Source: Leptolyngbya sp. BL-A-14 (GTDB lineage: Bacteria; Cyanobacteriota; Cyanobacteriia; Leptolyngbyales; Leptolyngbyaceae). From it: DNA of 64,000 nucleotides. Location of the stretch: NCBI GenBank assembly GCA_041937185.1, contig CP166621.1, positions 2,260,571 to 2,324,570 on the forward strand, read 5' to 3'. The notes beneath the pieces are model-generated. The model ran no database searches, was not told the origin of the DNA, and saw only the letters and a program-made list of their open reading frames with translations. A program made the translations under genes and the position numbers. This document shows positions 59,676-64,000 of the stretch, one piece after another (the stretch's first letter is position 1; each line of letters begins with the position of its first letter).

Positions 59676-62090
59676 GTGATGCAAAGCCAGAAATTGGAAT
59701 CAAAGGTTCATCCCGACATGAAACGGCCCTTCGTACAGCAGTATCGTCTCCGGCAATTGCTTACAGCGACGATCGCCGCGATCGGTGCAATCGCCGGAGA
59801 AGCAACCGTTCTTGCGGTACAAGCAGCATCCCTGACCCAATGGAGTTTTGATCCAGCGGCAAACCAATTGGAGATCACGGTCAAAGACGGTACAACTCCT
59901 CGCTACTTTCTGATGGCTCAACCGGCACGCATCGTGGTTGATCTGCCCGATACCGCTTTGGGTGCGGTCAGCGCTCAACAAACTTACTCTGGTGCTGTAC
60001 GCCAGATTCGGGTATCTCAATTTGAACCAGGTCTCACGCGCATCGTGATGGAAATTTCGCCTGGCGTTTCGCTTGCGCCTGGGCAGGTGAAGTTACAAAA
60101 GGTGGGCAGCGAAACAGCCGCAAGCAACTCTCGATGGGTCTTGCAACCACTTATTACCAAATCAATCTCGGCAAATGCCGTCACTATAAAGCCTTCAGTG
60201 CCGTCTCAAGCGCGATCGTCAAGGATTGCCTCAGGCACAAGTGCGGTTAAGCCACAGGCTGCACGTTCCGTTGTGCCACCCGCCGCTACTGCTGCCAGTG
60301 CGAAACCGCCAAGTGTACCGACTCAATCGCCGACTACCAATGATCGGAGTCCGGTGTCTACCTTGCCGAAAGGGAGTAACGCGCCAGTTGCTTCCACCAG
60401 CCAAACGGCTACCAGCCAAACAGCCGCAAGCATAACGAATGGAAACTCGATCGTTGCCGTGCCTGACATCGATACGGTTCCACCCGCTCCACCGACTGCT
60501 GTACCCATACCCGCTCCGGCTGTTTCAACCACCGCTCCAGCCCTGGCTCCAGCCCTGCCTTCTCCACCGTCTGAAGCTCAGGCCGCAAAGCCTTTGCCAC
60601 CAACGGCCACCAGTCCAGTAGACCCAAACGTGGCTGTCGATACTCAAGGTGGAGTGGCGATCGCAGTCCCAACGCCCAAGACAAGCGCTTCAGAACAGGG
60701 CGCACCGCCGCAAACACTTGCTGCTGCAACCGTCCCGTTACCTGCCAGCCCGCCACCGCTATCGACTGCGCGCATTGACCCCTCTCGAACAAATCCACCA
60801 TCGGCAAAACCAGCCACCACTCTAGCTACTGCTTCCCCAACTCGATCGCCCAAGCCAACGCTGGCTTACCCACCGACGACTACATCCACCACGTCTGGCT
60901 TCACTACTGCGGAGATCCCAACAACCCTTGTAGCCAACACAGCAGCGCTCTCGCCGAGCGTCACTGTACCGCCGCTTACCGCTCCATCAAATCCATCCAA
61001 CCGCTCAGAACCTCAAACTGGATCTGCTCAAGTCAGGCCGCCTGATGTTGCTTTTGAAATACCATCAGATGGACTCCCTGCGGGTGCCAGCGCTTCTCCA
61101 ACGGTGAGTGTCCCTCCACCAATTCAGGTTGGGTCGCCTAGCCTGGGCACGACTGGAGCATCGACACTTGCAGCACCGTCTGTTTCGGTCTTTGCTCCCA
61201 ATGCGTCGATCGAGCCTCCTGTAAGTGTGCCGCCGTTGCAGCAAGCACCCGTACAGCCATCTGTGCCGCCCCTCGCGCCTCAATCAGGAGCAACACCAGG
61301 AACACAGACGACCTACGACGCCAATACCATCAGGCAACCCACGTCTAGCGCGAACCTTGCACCACCGCTGAATGTCGTGCCATTGCCACCCCAACCCTCA
61401 CAGCCATCGGCATCATCTGTAGTAACGCCGGGGTACGATGCCGATACGGTCAGGCAAGCGCCACCCAAGTCAGCACCAGCGTCGATCGTTGAATTTGGTC
61501 AACCCTTACCAGCAAAAACCAGTACGGAGAGACCAAGCCAACCGTTTAATGGGCTCACGGCTTCTCAAGGAGTCCGGCAGGCATTCAAACCAACCGCACC
61601 CAATGTTTTGTTACCGGCTGGTACACTGCTCAACTTGCGTTACCCCGGCGACTCGGCGCTGCTTTTGTCCACCGATCGCCCACAGCAAGAAGTCCTGGTG
61701 CTGCTTACAGAATTGCGCGATGCTGCTGGCAACCTTTTGGCACCCGTTGGCAGCGCGGTGACGGGACGGTTTGAAACAACAACCAGTGGCAGTCAGTTTG
61801 TGACGCAGGCGATTGCCGTGAATGGCCGCACCATTCCCCTCACCGCCCAATCGGACACGCTCGACGGTAGCCGTAAAGTGCAAGGCAACAACCTGGCAGT
61901 CAATTCTGGCATTGGGCTAGTGGCAGGAGGGGTGCTGGGAGCTGTCAGTGGCTCGGCAGGTCTTGGAGCGCTCGGCGGAGCTGCTGCTGGTGCTGCTGCT
62001 ACCTTAATCACAGCTCCCAAGCCTGCTGCCATTCAACCCGGTCAAGTGGTGCAGGTTCGCTTAACGCAAGACCTTCGGAGTGTCGAGTAA
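59676..62090 (+). CDS. AMIN-domain protein with a ~450-aa Pro/Ala/Ser/Thr-rich linker and a conserved C-terminal domain
   Basis: After a signal peptide comes an AMIN-like N-terminal domain (TQWSFDPAANQLEITVKDGTTPRYFLMAQPARIVVDLPDTAL...). A very long PAST-rich low-complexity region follows, then a C-terminal ~200-aa domain ending in a Gly/Ala-rich hydrophobic segment. Confidence 0.6.
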   Translation: MMQSQKLESKVHPDMKRPFVQQYRLRQLLTATIAAIGAIAGEATVLAVQAASLTQWSFDPAANQLEITVKDGTTPRYFLMAQPARIVVDLPDTALGAVSAQQTYSGAVRQIRVSQFEPGLTRIVMEISPGVSLAPGQVKLQKVGSETAASNSRWVLQPLITKSISANAVTIKPSVPSQARSSRIASGTSAVKPQAARSVVPPAATAASAKPPSVPTQSPTTNDRSPVSTLPKGSNAPVASTSQTATSQTAASITNGNSIVAVPDIDTVPPAPPTAVPIPAPAVSTTAPALAPALPSPPSEAQAAKPLPPTATSPVDPNVAVDTQGGVAIAVPTPKTSASEQGAPPQTLAAATVPLPASPPPLSTARIDPSRTNPPSAKPATTLATASPTRSPKPTLAYPPTTTSTTSGFTTAEIPTTLVANTAALSPSVTVPPLTAPSNPSNRSEPQTGSAQVRPPDVAFEIPSDGLPAGASASPTVSVPPPIQVGSPSLGTTGASTLAAPSVSVFAPNASIEPPVSVPPLQQAPVQPSVPPLAPQSGATPGTQTTYDANTIRQPTSSANLAPPLNVVPLPPQPSQPSASSVVTPGYDADTVRQAPPKSAPASIVEFGQPLPAKTSTERPSQPFNGLTASQGVRQAFKPTAPNVLLPAGTLLNLRYPGDSALLLSTDRPQQEVLVLLTELRDAAGNLLAPVGSAVTGRFETTTSGSQFVTQAIAVNGRTIPLTAQSDTLDGSRKVQGNNLAVNSGIGLVAGGVLGAVSGSAGLGALGGAAAGAAATLITAPKPAAIQPGQVVQVRLTQDLRSVE

Positions 62091-62265
62091 CGTTTGACCT
62101 GCCATTCACTGGATTGCCATTCGTCGGATGGCAGTTTGCATAGTCGCCATTAAAGCAGAGACATTAAGAAAGAGCAGGATAGTGAGAGGGCAGGAGGGCG
62201 AGAAGTTCATGCTTCCATCATCCCTCGGTTGCTTTTCATCCTTTCCTAAATAGGACTATTCTAAA

Positions 62266-62296
62266 AAGAGCCACAACGTTTCAGTCATGGCTCTCT
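62266..62296 (-). terminator. Rho-independent terminator for the minus-strand gene at 62341..62955
   Basis: On the minus strand AGAGCCATGACTGAAACGTTGTGGCTCT forms a 7-bp stem and is followed by TTTTTAGAA. Confidence 0.5.
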
Positions 62297-62340
62297 TAAT
62301 AAGATGCTGCTTCTATGTAAACGCTATTAGCGCGTGCCGT

Positions 62341-62955
62341 TTAATATTTCTCGTTCTCTGGCTTGGGCGCTCCGCCTGTACCGGGTTGATTCAAGAAGAA
62401 GTTTTTAGCGGCATCGTTCTGATAGATACAGTCGATCTTGGGCGATCGCTCCAGCGCATCTGTAAAGCCAAAGGTATTCATGCGGTTTTTACAATCACGC
62501 ACCTGCTCCGACTTCACCAGACCTTTCTGTTCCAAAATCGACCAGTTGTTGGTACGAAGGACGCATCCCGGTTGCGTACTAGGCTGAGAGACATACACGT
62601 TTAGTGGATTCAGCGTCACAAAAACACGAGTATCCATCGTAATTGCAGCCGAACCAAACTGGGCACAGAGTTCAGGGTTGGGTGCCCGCTGGCTCAAGTC
62701 CAAATCGGTGACAATCTTGCCCGCACCAGAACTGGAAACAGAGCTAAAGCCAAGACCAATCCCAATGCCTAGAATGAAAACACCAGCCAGCACAGCCAGA
62801 GCCGTTGCGTTAAAAAGAGCCGCAATAGACGATTTGGGCGAGCTTTGCCTGGAGGATTCTGAACCGGAGTAGCCGTCGTAATCACGATCGTAGTCGCGAT
62901 CGACGTCACGGTCATAGCTAGAGCCTAAGTTCCTGGGTTTACGTTTCATAGTCAT
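62341..62955 (-). CDS. Hypothetical membrane-anchored protein (possibly DUF3172-like)
   Basis: An N-terminal charged DRDYDRDYD repeat, one TM helix, then a Cys-containing globular domain. Confidence 0.45.
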   Translation of the reverse strand: MTMKRKPRNLGSSYDRDVDRDYDRDYDGYSGSESSRQSSPKSSIAALFNATALAVLAGVFILGIGIGLGFSSVSSSGAGKIVTDLDLSQRAPNPELCAQFGSAAITMDTRVFVTLNPLNVYVSQPSTQPGCVLRTNNWSILEQKGLVKSEQVRDCKNRMNTFGFTDALERSPKIDCIYQNDAAKNFFLNQPGTGGAPKPENEKY

Positions 62956-63153
62956 CTGATCCGGTTGGACGCATTAAAAGTGACCTTCTTTCAGTATGCC
63001 GCGAATGGGCATTGGTCTGCACATGGAGAATATGAGTCACCAAAAGAGATACTCTCCGCGTCACCCTAGCGTATTTTTACCTCAAACAGCAAGAAGGAGC
63101 CTGCACTTGCGGAGGCTCCTTTACTCTAACGGGCTTACATGTATAGCGCGGGA

Positions 63154-63399
63154 TTAATTACCACCCGTTGTAATCGGTTTATTGTGAATGCCGGTATCGG
63201 ACGCTTGTCTAAAGTGCCATTTGCCATCAGAGCCTTTTTCGTAGTTCGGCTTGAGGCTATTCCAGGCAACATTGGTAGCTGCCTCTTCATTTAAGCCATC
63301 GCTGATAGCACTATTGTAGGCAGCCACAAAGATCTGCTGAGCACCGTCAGCCAGATTTTCTTGAATCTCTTGAGGAAACTCTTCCAGTTTTTTAGCCAT
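63154..63399 (-). CDS. ChaB-family protein
   Basis: 81 aa; the pattern AQQIFVAAYNSA...WHF... matches the small ChaB (cation-transport regulator-like) family. Confidence 0.6.
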   Translation of the reverse strand: MAKKLEEFPQEIQENLADGAQQIFVAAYNSAISDGLNEEAATNVAWNSLKPNYEKGSDGKWHFRQASDTGIHNKPITTGGN

Positions 63400-63751
63400 A
63401 GTGATCTCCTAACAAACGTATCAATATGGATCAGCATAAATGTCTGGTATTGATGCTTCCTCTCTCCGGAGGCACGGCAGGACGTCTACCCACCGACACG
63501 CAAAGGATGAATGCCCTGGGTAATCGTGACAACACTCAGCACTCTCAGGAAGTTAGGAGAGGCTCGATCGCTGGCAAGCTGCTATTGGCAAAGACCGCTT
63601 AAAGTGGGGCATTGATCCACCACTAGATTTGGTCATTGAAATTGCTGTCCAACCCTTTGCAGGAGTCTGGGATCTTTGCGTCAGCCCTTACGAGAGATGT
63701 AACAATAGGTAAAGACAACTTAACGTTAACTTTATCTGTGAGTCTTCATCT

Positions 63752-64000
63752 GTGAGTGTTCAAGTGCGGTTACCGCTACACAAAGCTGCTTCTCGCTCCA
63801 CCCTTCAGACTTTGTGGCGTGATTGCCTTACCGTCTTTTGGGGTGACTGGTTGGATCTGCGAGTGCGGCTGGTGCAGGTCATTGCCTCTGGTCTGGTATC
63901 GCCGCTGATCTACATTGTCGGCTTTGGTCTGGGGTTGGGAAGCGCGTTGGATTCGGCCGTGAAGCCATCGGCGGGAGACAACTACTTGCAGTTCATTCTG
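63752..64000 (+). CDS. ABC-2-type transporter permease, N-terminal fragment (GTG start; continues beyond the window end)
   Basis: Open frame from the GTG at 63752 after a stop at 63710-12. LWRDCLTVFWGDWLDLRVRLVQVIASGLVSPLIYIVGFGLGLG resembles the ABC-2 permease N-terminus. Confidence 0.55.
   Translation, partial: MSVQVRLPLHKAASRSTLQTLWRDCLTVFWGDWLDLRVRLVQVIASGLVSPLIYIVGFGLGLGSALDSAVKPSAGDNYLQFIL

Overview
This 64-kb window looks like a cyanobacterial chromosome, probably from a filamentous, non-heterocystous lineage. Four things point that way, and the organism call is inference only. The octamer GCGATCGC (HIP1) occurs dozens of times (not counted exactly). STRR-like heptanucleotide tandem repeats (GGCAGAR, CCCCACT, CTTCTGR, GAGTTTT, TAGCCTT families) sit in many intergenic regions. 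The window carries cyanophycin genes cphB-cphA, a COP23-like gene and many Uma2/DUF820 genes. By eye the sequence is moderately GC-rich.

Most of the window is housekeeping. Calls include purL-purF, alaS, ispF, trmD, tsaC, rnz, sppA, cobU, aroH, acyP, larC and larE (the nickel-pincer cofactor genes sit about 48 kb apart), a PilT-family ATPase, a LysR regulator, a pentapeptide-repeat membrane protein, five Uma2-family endonucleases, and an N-terminally complete PAS-GAF-PAS sensor that runs off the left edge. The partial sensor is not in the ORF track because its stop lies outside the window.

The most interesting locus is an accessory island at about 28.1-33.1 kb. It contains a Uma2 gene flanked by 75-bp direct repeats, a low-GC two-transmembrane protein with SLATT-like architecture, and an intact IS5-family element with 16-bp inverted repeats and a TTA target duplication. 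Next comes a 21-nt-periodic tandem repeat that would encode ten heptads of type x-x-V-V-V-T-N but is broken by a 1-nt indel. Last is a 561-aa protein with clear similarity to eukaryotic major vault protein (tandem vault repeats, a shoulder/SPFH-like domain and a coiled-coil cap helix). MVP homologues are rare in bacteria.

Several other observations stand out. STRR heptamer arrays are inserted in-frame inside larC and purL. One dispersed ~70-bp element has three loci with a compensatory base change in a hairpin, suggesting a structured RNA or MITE. A second dispersed element has the core CACACCCTACACC. There is a tandem DUF1517 paralogue pair and a degenerate 40-bp direct-repeat array. No tRNA, rRNA or CRISPR array was found. 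All protein calls rest on recalled family motifs and reading the translations, not on database searches.
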